From Rhynchopus sp. YZ270_cl-10 (Eukaryota), in NCBI GenBank assembly GCA_964035575.1, contig OZ037833.1, positions 1,984,001 to 2,048,000 on the forward strand: DNA of 64,000 nt, written 5' to 3'. Under the pieces are notes generated by a model. That model made no database searches. It saw only the letters and a program-made list of their open reading frames with translations, and was not told the origin of the DNA. The translations under genes were made by a program, and so were the position numbers. The stretch's first letter is position 1, and each line of letters begins with the position of its first letter. Shown here one piece after another: positions 48,502-60,400 of the stretch.

Positions 48502-50189
48502 AATACCTTAAAAGAAAAGACAAATTAATAAAAAAAAAAAGGGAAGAACTGAACCCAAACCTTTTTAGAAAACAAAACCTAACTCTGTATTTAAAAAAAA
48601 AGAGGAAAGTTGGAAAGTTGGAGGGTGCGAGAAAGAAAAAAAAAAGGGGGTCTCTGTGGACTGCGCACCAAAAAAAAAAAATGTGGTTGAGGGGGAGAGA
48701 GTGTGTGTGTATGAAAAAAAAAACGGTTGAGAGAAAAAGGGTAAATGGGAGGTGGAGAAAGGGGGTGAAGGTCTGGGGGTATTTTTTATCAAACCCTTTG
48801 TAAAAATATTTCCCCGGGTCTTCCCAGGGATTTTTTTTCTCTTCCTGTGGTGGGGTTGGTGTGAAGGAGTGTAGGTGGAGTTAGATGTAAAAAAAATTTC
48901 AAAAAGGTGTGTCTTTAATTTGGAATCTACTAATTTGTGGGTGGTGTGAGACAAGAGAGAGAAAAAAGGAGGGAAAGAGGGGGGGGATTTTTGTCAGAAA
49001 GTTGTTGTTTTTGCTTTGTGCTCTTTTTGTTTTGGTGGTCTTTAAAGAGGGGGAGGAGAAAAAAAAAAAGACAGGAGACGTTGCGAGAGAAGAGAAAGGA
49101 ATGATACAATGAATCCAAGCCTCTTCGTTTTCAGTCAACCTAATTTTGGTTGACAACTTGGAGTGCTTATAGGACAAAAAACCTTTCTTTATTTTCCCTC
49201 CAAAAATACCCCAAAAGAAGGAAAGTTTATAAGATGAACGGAGAACCCCTCCGTAGGCATCTTACAAAAAAAAAAAAAATAATGGGGAAAATCTGGCGTA
49301 GAAGCAATACAAGGAAAAAAGAAAACTTGAAGAAAAAAGAAAAATGAATGAAGCCGTAGCATCCCAATACATTTTTTTTTGCGAAGTTTTTGGTTATCCA
49401 GGGTGGTGCTGCTCTTCTGATAAGACGTTTTTGCTTTTTTTTTGCTTTTTTTTTTGCCTTTTTTTGGCATAAATTGAAGTGAGAGCCACGTAGACTATCC
49501 ACCTGATAGACAACACCATTTTCTTTTTTTTTTTTCCATCCAGAATCCACCCTCTTTTTTTTTTCTCTTTTTCTTTCGCCCCCTCTGTGTTTTGTTTCTG
49601 GTTTCTTAGCTGGCTGCATCAACGATTACCCTTCAAATTTTTTTTTAAAAAAATCCGTTGAATCCGCGGAATTCAGGTGTAATCAATACGAACCAAACAG
49701 CCACTTTGCACGACAGAAACACAGAGGAATCTGGCTGTAGCGACAAAACAAAGAAAAACGTTGTAAGGTGAATGTGCTTCATGTACACACACACATCCCA
49801 CAAAATGTGTCTTTGAAGATACAAAAGCCTTCTCGTGGCAATGCACCTTTGCAACAAAAAAATAAACAAATTCTCTCATGCCCAGGAAAGGAGATACTGG
49901 TTTAATTACAATACGGGGATAGATGAATTGGGGGAGGTGAAAGCAGGGGGGGTTCTTTTTAACAACGTTATTTTTTCCTTTTTTTTTTTTTTGGCTATTA
50001 CACGAATGCAGATTAACTTGAAACAAGCAAATAAATGAGGAAAACAGTGTCTTGTTTTTCCTCGTGTTTATATTTGAAAAACAAAAGGGGAGAAAAATTG
50101 GTTCGGTCCATAATATTGTTTTTTTTTTTAATGAAGGAGTGCTCAAAATTGTCGCCAAATGCTATAAAATCACCTTATCAACGGCAATG

Positions 50190-50293
50190 TGGTGATATAC
50201 GGGGGGCGGGGTTCCACAACTTTTCACAACTCTTCACAACTATGTGGGAGTGAAAAGTTGTAAAATGTGAAACCTCACCCCCGAATAACACCA
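50190..50293. mobile_element. Degenerate TGGTG...CACCA MITE
   Basis: Termini as in 15549-15685, with internal inverted ACAACTTTTCAC/GTGAAAAGTTGT. The TSD is only partly matched. Confidence 0.55.
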
Positions 50294-50822
50294 ATATGGT
50301 CATTATTTCACGACTCGAGTGAAATAATGACTCGTTATGTGTTGCTGATAAATAGCCGTTTGTTTCGCACCAACCCAGGAGTGTGGTTTTATTTATCTAT
50401 CATAAAAGAACTTTGAATTGTCTGCAGATACCATCAAAGCTCTCTTCCACCAGCTGATCTAACAAAAAAATAAAATACAATTTACTCCTACCTTTTTTTC
50501 TAAGGGATCTAGAGGGAGGGGACTGGGAAGACTTTTTTTTTTAAAATGGCTATTTTGAGTGCCTTGTTTACAACGCAGAGTGCACAAAGGCATCACCTTC
50601 ACCATAGGTGATGAAATTTGTAACACATGCATTGCAGTTTTTTGTGTTTTGTTTTTAGCTTGCGTTGGCAATATTTTCTATGACAATGGGAGGGGGGGGG
50701 GGAAGAACGTAATTTAGAACTGAAAATCAGGGTTAAAAAGGTTGTTCAAAAAATAAAGGTGGATGAGAAATTTGTTTACCGACACCCCAGGCAGGGTCCC
50801 AGCGATGCATTTTTCAGAGAAC

Positions 50823-52178
50823 CTAAAACTCATGAATATAACTTCCCGAGGGGAGGAACATGGCCGGGCTTTTGGTGATAGGCGGCACCGGGGATTCATT
50901 CGTTCGTTTTCTAAGGAATCTTGCTGGTGAGGATCTAAAGGGGGAGCCGGATACGACGTTGGGTTGCAGGGACCTGAGGGCACGGCGTTCCCGCTGTAAG
51001 TGTGTTGATTGAAGAGGTGACCCTTTTTTGAAAACCACATACCGCTATGTCAAGTTCAAGCTGCTCCAGCTGCCTATCTTTTTCCGCCACCTCTTGCGCT
51101 GTGAGACGTGCATCATGAGGCAGAGGAGGTGCAGGAAGCATGCTGTGCACACTCGCAGGCTGGCTACCCATAGGGACCCCGTTCTCATAGACAGGAAGGT
51201 GCTGCAGTGTGGACTGCTCCTGCATCACGGGGGGCTGTTGGTGGTAGTTCCCTTGCATCATTTTCACTGACGGAAGCATCGCTTGCTCGCGCATAGGCTG
51301 CGGAAGGGCAGGTTGTACCGGCACGTTGTGGACCGGTCTTGGTGGGCTCTGTGGAGTGTTGTATAAAGAATATGGTTGATGTGGTTTCATACCGAGAGAG
51401 CAGGCTGCTGGGGCAAGGGTTGTTGTGGCTGCTGCATCTCCTCTTTCGGCTTTGAAAACAGAATCTTCCGTGCGTCGCATGTTTTGTCAATTGTTCTGCA
51501 ATATGCAGTGCGCGCTTTGGTCCCAGTAAAACCATCCTGCCCAGTGAACGCAGTATACAACGCAATCGCCACGTTCTGCTGTCTCTGCACATCGCGTGTG
51601 CGAATGACGTAGTCGATCTTCATGCACCACTCTGCGTCGACCAGCTGCGGGTGGCTTCTCTCATCGGATTCGCGTCTTTTAAACTTCTTTTTAGTGTCAT
51701 AGTGTAGCACCACCGTTTTGATCTGCCCGGGGATGACGCGGATGACGATGTCGTCAGGGCGCACACCGTTCCCCACCTCCGAGATGATGTCCTCCTTCAG
51801 CGAGTTGTTGAACACATCCACCGTATGCGCGGTCTCCTTCGCAGCCTCGTAGAGCGAGTAGTTCACACCCTCCACCACCATCACACCCTTCACAAGGGGG
51901 TCGTACACACTGAAGCCCGCTGAGCGCACCTCATTGAACCAACACCGTCCCTGCGCGCGCACGTCCATGCGATCCTCGGGACCCCTATCTGCTGGATCAT
52001 ACTGAGGGAGCTTCGACACCGTTGGTGCCTGTACCCGTGTCTTCACACTCCCCTGTACATTCCGTGAAGAGCTCCTTGCTGCTCCCGACTTCACAGAAGT
52101 CTGTCGTCTCGGTGAATTAGTCGTAGGTGACTGCGTACGTGACGACCTCGGGTAGGTGCTAGAGGGTGGGGGTGGCAT
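50823..52178 (-). CDS. Hypothetical Pro/Gln-rich protein with a central globular domain and short coiled coil; 3 exons (52178-51393, 51348-51043, 50993-50823)
   Basis: Introns 51349-51392 (GTATGA..CACAG, 44 nt) and 50994-51042 (GTATGT..TACAG, 49 nt) join three ORF-track frames. A pyrimidine tract and AG lie just upstream of ATG 52178. Confidence 0.85.
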
Positions 52179-52485
52179 GTTGTGTTGATGTTTGCCTGAG
52201 GGAGGGAGAGGGTTGGGAGGTGTTGTGCGGGTGGAGATAGAAAGATGTGGGAGGGGTGGCAAGTGCTTTTCGTTCTAACAAAAGGTACACAACATGTAAA
52301 ATAATAAAAAATCGGGTAATAAATCTAAAGTTGGTAAAAACAAAGCCATAAACAAAAGGCGAAGTTGATAGTACAGACGCCTCAGGGGCGCATGCACGCT
52401 CCGTGGGTTATCAAACCCCCGCAGGGTTGCACAAAATGGACAAATGGACACACACAAATAAAAAATAAACCTCTGGTTCTAAATG

Positions 52486-53357
52486 CTACTGCAGTTTCGG
52501 CGGTGTCGTCAGCTGTTGAGAAAGGGGGGGTTTTTTTTTGAGATTATTTTTTACAATCAAATTAATTCGCAAAAACGCGGGGAAAAAAATATACCTGGGG
52601 GGCCAAGGACATGACATCTTGGACCAGCATCTCGATGCGGGACTCTTGTTGCAGTGCGTCACGCACCATGGCCTCCAACGATTTGAATGCAGGGGACTGC
52701 GCCCGCACTGTGAGCGGCCCTGCTGCTGCCGCTGCCGTCCCACCCACATCCACAATCCCCTCTGCCTGCCCGCCCTCTGTGTGGTTCGACACTGCAGAGC
52801 CGTACTCTATGGGAGTAGCGGTGGACATCACAACCCCTACAGACGACACCACCCCAGGGTCACCTGAACGACGTCGCCCCCTCTGTGGCTCGTGTGGCTG
52901 TGCAACCTTGTGGGGGTGCGCTGCCCCTCTCGCAGGCGACACCCAACGATGCTCCACCACATTGTCCAACACAACGTTCTGTGCCGGCTTTGCCCTGCTG
53001 CCATCATGCCCCACAGTGACACCAGACACCATGCTCTGCACATCATGCTCAAACCCTGGTAAACCCACTTCATCGAACACAGGGTCCTTCGCCCTGGGCA
53101 TCGGGAACACCTCAGGGGTGATGAACTGTCGTTCAGGCGGGTTTGCGTCTGTTGTTTGCGGTGTCTGCCTTGGGAGGGACATGGCGCTGGCGGTGGTGAC
53201 GTTGAGGGGGTGGGTGGAGGGCATGCTGTGGGGGGTGGCGTGGTCGTGGCTGTCGGTGCCTGATGCGAGGGAAGCGGCACTGCCTTCACCACCGTAGACG
53301 ATGTAGTCTGTGTCGGAGAAGTGTGCACTGCGCCGCTTTGCCTCCTTACCCTGCTGC

Positions 53358-53409
<52 letters not shown>

Positions 53410-54673
53410 GCGGAAACCTATCCTCCAAAGTAGGACGTCGAGTACTCGGGCGATGTGCAGAGGCAGGGTTCGATGGAGTCCTCTCTGCCGGTGTAGTCAT
53501 GCCTGTCCGTAGTGGGTGTGTAGGTGAACCAATTCGTAGTTCCGTAGGGCCAAGCGCGGGGCTAGATTTTGGACGGAAAATGCCCATTTGTTGACTCCGT
53601 TCGAAGCAGATAGCACGGAACTCTAGGTAGCTTATTTTCCTGTCGTTGTCGGTGTCTGCGGATTGGAAGAAACGTTCGAAGGCAGCGATTTCGTTTTGTG
53701 CGACGGATTCGACGCAGATGAGCTCACGGACATCTTTGTTGGTGCGGAGAGCACGGATGAGCTCTGCTCGTGTGATGAAGCCGTCTCGGTTGGCATCGAT
53801 GACGTTGAACATTATTGTCAGACGCTGTTCCGTCTCATCTGGTGGGAGCTGCAATGCTGCATCATGCGGCGTTCTACTACGCGGAAGCTGCTGTGTGGGG
53901 ACCTCTGTCCCCGTACGCTCCCCCTCCCGCATCACATTCACCCCCCTCAAAGCCATTGCACCAAACCCCCTATTCGCAAACTCAATCTGACACAACTCCT
54001 CCTCCACAGCCCCTGGACTGTTGTCTGCGCCCCTCTGAAACCCCACCACCACCCCCCTCTCGCCGTTCAAATGCGTTTCCTCACCTAGACCACACACAAT
54101 GACGTTCGCACCGACAGTCAATTCATTCACATCCACCGAAGGAGGGTTGACCGCAGTACCCGTCGCAGAGTTGTACGCTGTGGCATCAGAGCGCAGCAGT
54201 GCGTACACTGCGGGGAGGTTGACGCAGTGTGCGGGGCATGGTTGTGCACCTTTTCTCCAAAGGTGTTTGAAAACGAAGGCCGCGGTGCGCACTTCGGAGG
54301 GGTCAATATGAAGAAGGCTGCAACCAGACGCAACGTCGCCAGCTCCATACAACGCTACACCGTGTTGTTCATCTGCAGTCAGCGCTCTGGCAAACAGCTC
54401 AAATCTATCATTTATGCGCGACCGATCCTCACACCCAGCCCTCAAATACTGAATACGAACCTGCGCCCTTCCCCCAGCAGGAAGCAACCCCAAACTCGGT
54501 GTCACCCTGTACCGCCCGATATCCGTGGTTCGCACCTTAAACGTATAGGACACATCCGTTCTGTTCCGAAGATGGATCGTGTCTTCACTCTGCTGACCAC
54601 TAAAGACCACCATAGGTTTCTCCAAAAAGATATTCAACCCACGCCATGGTTGGTACAGCTGTGGGATTTCCAT
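52486..54673 (-). CDS. MSP (major sperm protein/VAP-like) domain + SH3-like + EF-hand pair + polyQ protein; 2 exons (54673-52595, 52512-52486)
   Basis: MSP motif LRNRTD..TFKVRTT..YRVTPSLGLL, a GL..HLNGERGVV module, EF-hands DANRDGFITRAEL and DTDNDRKISYLEF, and Q20. Intron 52513-52594 (GTATAT..AACAG). The start codon is inferred. Confidence 0.85.
53351..53410 (-). repeat. (CAA)n(CAG)3 polyglutamine tract
   Basis: 20 Gln codons in frame within the MSP/EF-hand gene. Confidence 0.95.
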
Positions 54674-55727
54674 AACAAAACCCTTCCTATCGTATCTCTC
54701 AAGACCACATTGCGTGGGGGGAAGGGAGGGGGGAGTGAACCCTTCCTGTGGTATGATGTGGGGTGTTGTTGTAGGGATGTTTGAGAGTAAAAGGAGGGGA
54801 GGGAGGGGGGTGTGATTTTTTTTGTCTTTGGTTTGTAGGTTTGGATGTATTGCAATGTTTTCTTGGTGTGGCAAAAAGGGCATGTATGTAAAAACGAAAT
54901 TTGCCATTTTTCGTCCCCGTTTCAGCCCTGCTTCCACGTTTTTCATACTTTACCGCACTGAACCACATTTTACCCGCACTTTATCACATTTTACCTGTGC
55001 TTTATCACACCGAAATGATGCAAAAAAAAGCACGGAATAATAAATGCGAAAAAAGTTCAGCAAATTGCAGCAAAAATGCAGAAAACAGGCTGAATTACCC
55101 TTCAGACACCATTCTTATTTTTGCTAAATCTTGGTTTTAGTATCAGCAGAGGGTGCAAATGTGTCTCCGCTAATAGCTAAACCAGAATTTTTTATTTTTT
55201 TGTTTTTTTTTTTTTTGTTTCCCTCTTTTGACGGAAGGAGAGGAGAGGAAGGGGGGGTAGAGCTGGGGGATCGCACACCTAATTTGAGAGAGGGAGAAAA
55301 GGGGCAAACGAACCAGAGAGAAAAAAAAAAGCAGAATAAAAAAAAAAAAACACATTTTTTTTTTTTTTTTGAAATCAGACCAGAACCCGAACACCAGATA
55401 GAAGTTCTGAAAAGTTCTACGGATAACTGAACTTCAATAAAATCCTTTTGGGATATATCTTAGCCCGGTTGCAGAGTTTACTGGTCAAAAATAAATAAAA
55501 AAAGGGTATCCTTTGGGTTGACTACGTTTGCCCTAGGAATTTTATTTTTGGGTGGCAGAGTATTCCAGGAATAACGTTTTACCGTTTTAACTGACTCTGC
55601 CGGTTTTTTCCCCCACCCCCCTCCACCCCGTCCCTGTGTTGTATGGTTTGATGGTTTGGCTAGACAGCTGTGTTTCAATGAAGCACATTCGAAGAATACA
55701 CGATGCAAAACCAAAAAAAAATTCATA

Positions 55728-55830
55728 CACGACAGTAAAGTAAATGACTTAACTTGTGGTTTTTCTGTTATAAGCCAACGATGAAACCACAAATCAAGAC
55801 ATAAATCAAGTCATTTACTTCTCCGTCGTG
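55728..55830. mobile_element. Foldback MITE, CACGAC termini, 2-bp TSD
   Basis: TA|CACGACAGTAAAGTAAATGACTT ... AAGTCATTTACTTCTCCGTCGTG|TA, homologous to 39831-40056. Confidence 0.75.
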
Positions 55831-57440
55831 TACTTCAGCTAACAGTCAGCCGAAAAAGAAAAAAAGAGTTCTGTAAGATGATGAATCTGAGCCTCTCGGG
55901 CTTAGTCACCCCAATGAAAAAGAAATATAAAAAAAAAATAACAAAACGAAGAGTGGTTGAAATGTGCTAAAAACGCGGCTGGGTCGGGCTCATTGCAAAG
56001 GGTGGGAGGGTGAGTGGTCCGTACCGTAAGAGAACGGAGGCGGTTCACAACCGCTCGATAATCCTACGACCTCTTTAAACCCCAGCCTAAACGGCCGGCT
56101 AATTTTGCACGATAATAACACAGAAATTTTGCAAAAAAAAAAAAAAAACTAAAAACCTTGTTTGTAAATGCTTTGGACATACACACTTCAAGGAGAGAAA
56201 AAAAAAGAGAAAAAAAAAAAACAAACAAATTTTTTTTGAAAGGTAAGTACACCTCTTGGAACCAGGTATGGTGTACAGCACGTTGTCTGTATACCCTAAC
56301 ATGGCAACAACAGGGGTATCCTCCGTTTTCGGGAGGACGATTGTCTGGACCCATATATACAAGGTGTGTTCGAACGGGTCTACTAGGACACCGTTTTACA
56401 CTCACTCTGAGCTGACAAAGAGACAAAAAAAATAATGAATACCTCAGCAGTGGGGAAAAAAATGGCGAGAGTAATACACAGATGGAAAAACAAAACAAAA
56501 AGACACGCAAATACACAAGTTGTGAATACTTTGGACAATAGACTCATTCACAAAAGGCAAAACCATGCCTTTTTGTGAGCACGAGGTAAAGATTGCTACG
56601 CCAGAGTGCTATGGCTCAATATGCCAGACAACTAAACGTTGCCAACTGAGCGGGGGTTGTGTCCATCGTCTAAAGCTTTCACGCAAAGACAAGCAGACTG
56701 TCGCAAAGTAAAAATAAAATTCTCCGTGGAAAAAAAGGGGGTTGAAATGATCCTAAGCCTTGCTGTGCTTTGATCACCTAAAAAAAAAACTACAACAAAC
56801 ACATTGGTAGAGATAAGTAACCACTTGGGTCACTTTAAAAACAAAAACAAAAACAAAAGAACGCTTGCAAGATGAATGCACACACATCAGTAAAAAAGGG
56901 GGGGTTTGTTCGTATTGTACAGCTGCACCTGCACAAAATATCCCGCCCAAAAAAGGAAAAAAAAAAAAACTAAGCTATACAACTGAAGACTCATAAACAT
57001 CCATACAAAAGCAAGAGAAAAGTTGAAAGATAAACATGCCTCACATGCGTACACATCTTTCAAGCAAGGGTTGAGAATCAGAATTGAACCAGGAAGCAAA
57101 CCACATACCACCTGGAAAATTTATACCCCTTGATGAAAATAATATTGGAAAGGGACGATAATATAAAAAGGAAAATATGTGAGAGATGAATGGGCCTTAC
57201 GGGCATACACATCTGAAGAGAAAAGAGAAAAAAAAATTGAGAAAAAGCGACGCCGGCAGCAGGTCTGCACCTCAAGGGGGACACAGGGTTCATCATCTTG
57301 TTCTCTCGCTCTTTGGTTAAGAGTGAATGAGTGTATGCAAAACTGATATTCTGCTCAAAATATTGTGCCAAAAAAAAATGGTGGAATTTGTGTATTTTTT
57401 ATCGACTATTGTTTTGAGGTGAGTTAAAAAAAAGATTTTT

Positions 57441-60400
57441 TTAAGGGCACGCCGACAGCCCTGTGCATCCGAAACCAGTGTGGTCGTTCTTCGTAAACGC
57501 GGTCCAGGTGCTGCTGGCGACAGTTGTGAACCCTGTTGGGTTGGGGCCTGTGTCGGAGGGATCCCTTCTGATGGTCTGGTCCTTGATGATGTTCCCCATA
57601 GAGCCAAGGAATCCGATGAGATCTGTGACAACGCCGTCCTTGTCCAGCAGACCTACTGCATCGTTACCGTTGAAACTGAGCGAGGCGGTCTCGGACCTTA
57701 CAGCAACGACCGAGGCCTGGGTGTTGAAGCTAGCGTCCACGGATCCGTGCACAGCAATCATCACCTCCCCAGGTGCCAAGGTCCCTGTGGTCAACGAATA
57801 GGCGCTCTGCTGGCTAGCAGAGTTCCCCGAAGTGTAGGTCACAATCTGGTAGTTCGTCACCGAAAAGTCGATCGTAGTAGACCCCATGTTCGCAATCTCG
57901 ACGGCCTTATTGTTGCCGCTCCCCTCCATGTACTCGGTAAAGATCAGTCCACCTGCAACTGGTGCTGGAACATCCGTATCAGGTGCCGGCGTGTCAGGTG
58001 CAACTGTCGGAGGTGCAGGCGTTGCGGGTGCAGAAGTGGCGTCATAAGGCGACGCAGTGCTGTCGATGTGGCGCATCTGCAGCGCCACCACAACAGGGTC
58101 GTGGTCCGAGGAACGGAACACATCCTCGTTGGCGTATCCAGGGTAGCGCTTGTAGGCCTCAGAGTACGTCATCTGGTACAGCTCGTTGGAGTTGATGTTC
58201 CAGTGCTTCGCAGACTGCACCTCCATAACAACGCGCTCATTTCCCAGAGCAAAGTCAAGGGAGCTGACCTCACCACTGAAGATGTAAGAATATCCCTCAT
58301 GCCCAATGTTCTGGAATTTGTACGTCTTTGTCACATCCTTAGCAGAGATGCTACCTTCCGCTTCAGTGATGTCATCAACAATGTAGTCAGCAGAGCGGAT
58401 GGTGTAGCCATGTGTGTCCGGTGTGTAGTCCGTGATCACAGCCATAGGGTCCTCAGCACTGTTCGAGTTGAAGTCGCCAAGAAGCATCACACGGATCGCC
58501 ACGTCCGCCTTTTCCAGTGCCTCACCCAACGTCACAGCAGCAGAGACACGGAACGCACTGCAGCTGCCTTGGATCACGTCAATGTCAGATGGGTTTTCGC
58601 GCACGTCTTCATAACACTCACTTCCCTTGGACTTCATGTGGTTCACAACAACAGTGATGTTCTCGCCAGAAGCAATCTCACGGAAGGTTTGCACCAAGGC
58701 AGGACGCATCTGCTTCAGTGTTGTTGAGCTGCCAGTCATAAACTTCTGCTGAGGCATCGGGATGATCCACGAGTCTGAAACAGTCTCAACAAGCGCCGGA
58801 CGGTAAATGATACCACATGTAATGGCGTCAGAGCCAATCTGAGTCTCGTTCGCAAGGGATACGAAGCTGTAGTGCTGGTCGGTGTCGGTGAATTTTGCGT
58901 TGAGCCTGTCCACAAGTGACGCCAGTGCACTGTCTGAGTCGAACCCGTCGTTCTCGATCTCCATGAGCCCCACAATCGCAGCGTCCATCACGACTAGCGA
59001 GTTCACAATCTTTGTTGCTTGGAGGTCGAACTCCACGTAGCCGGTGGCACCTCTGTTCTCGGAATAGGAGAACGTGGTCTTCCCGTCAACAACCTTCCCG
59101 TTGAAGTAGTTCAGCACGTTGAACGAAGCCACCACAAGTGCATCTGTCCTGTTGAACCCTTCCACGCTGGTTTTTGAGGGGCGGTTGTTCTCAAGAGTGA
59201 TTGTGGACTGTGGCACTGTGCGCCATGTCGAGTACGAGTACATCAACGGACCTGTCACACCAGATACCTGGGCGCCAATGTTGATGGGCTTCTGGAACAT
59301 AGGAAGGTGCGGGTACCATTCCAGCACAGAGGGGTACGAGGACGAAGAGCTGTCTTCCACGACAAATGTTCCCTCCTTGTTCGCCTCAAGTGTATCGTTG
59401 TACACAGTGGTGAAGGGGGCACCTCTGTCGCTTGGCTTCCAGCGGATCTGTGGACCACAGATGATCTCTCCATACTTCCACGTGTTGAAGGTGTCAGTGA
59501 TGACCATGTCGCCAACCACAGTGATCAGCATACCCTCGAAGGCCTCAAGAGCTGTGCTGTTTGCAATGTTAATGTTGGTTGCAGACGGAACCGTACCGCC
59601 CAGCGTGCACTCTGTCGCGGGCCCTGCGTCTGTGAGTGCGGTCATCCAGTAGCTCTCTTCAACAGTTCCAGTCACACGGACGAGAGTGTTGATCGGGACA
59701 TTTGGTGCTGTGCCCTTCACGTAGAGACCCTCTGATGTGGCATCGTCGTCGTCATAGTCCTCAAGCTCCTCCTGCAGGAAGTAGCCGCCACCGTTGCTGC
59801 CGATGTAGAGAGCCTCCACCACGACCGCTTGCCCCACGAGGGGGGACTCATCCGAGGCGCCTTGCACTTCACTGATCTTGACCTCTATGCCGTCACCACA
59901 CAGTCCCAAGGCTGTCGTGGGCGCAGGTGTGCCACCTTCGACAGGAGGAGCCTCGCCACAGGCCACAGCACCGAGACAGCCGAAGCCATCCATCGTGTCC
60001 TTAGGGTTGGAGACGAAGACGGACTCTGCGAGGGAGGCGAAGCCGGTTGGGTTCGGTGTTGTGTCGCTTGCGGGCCTTCTGAGAGTCACGTCGGGGAGGA
60101 ACTTGGTGGACATGGGGATAACACCTACCAGGTCGATGATGGTGCCGACACCGTCCAGCAGTGCAACAGCGTCGTCACCGTTGAAGCCGAGACTCCCGAA
60201 CAAGATGATGCGTGTGTTCTGCACATTGGGCATATCAAACAAGTCAGCAGCCGACGAATGTGCAACGACCAGCACCTCACCCGCCACAAGCGTACCCGAC
60301 GTAATCCTCAGACTCTCAGACATAACCGAGTTACCCTTCCTGAACACAGCCACAACATAAGGTGTCACCGAGAAGTCAACAACACCGCCACCCACGTTAC

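Larger units (their letters stand above)
4503..49850 (-). repeat. Dispersed hairpin family C (~40 bp, ~8 copies)
   Basis: Plus-strand consensus TTGAAATACAAAGCCCTCTCGTGACAGTGTACCTTGG at about 4503, 16061, 17573, 23849, 24258, 44480, 46216, 49813. Confidence 0.85.
8336..56779 (-). repeat. Dispersed hairpin family A (~35 bp, ~23 copies)
   Basis: Plus-strand consensus TAAGATGAACCTAAGCCTCTCGTGCTTAGTCACCTT at about 8336, 8691, 10757, 10892, 19663, 21117, 24352, 24618, 31243, 31440, 31664, 33881, 37470, 38291, 39574, 40785, 43030, 45257, 45897, 46352, 49109, 55874, 56746. Confidence 0.85.
5684..57213 (-). repeat. Dispersed hairpin family B (~35-40 bp, ~19 degenerate copies)
   Basis: Approximate plus-strand consensus TGAAAGATGAATGTGCCTCTCGTGCACACACATCTT at about 5684, 8399, 10850, 11697, 20493, 24452, 30990, 31180, 38078, 38251, 41169, 44824, 45186, 46427, 49230, 49765, 56869, 57023, 57182. 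Confidence 0.7.

Noticed and set aside
50935..51480. Programmed frameshift between overlapping minus-strand ORFs
   Set aside because: Fully explained by canonical 44- and 49-nt GT-AG introns.
8336..56779. Hairpin family A as SECIS or IRE
   Set aside because: The AUGA lies on the antisense strand without the opposing GA quartet, and no conserved CAGUGN loop is present.
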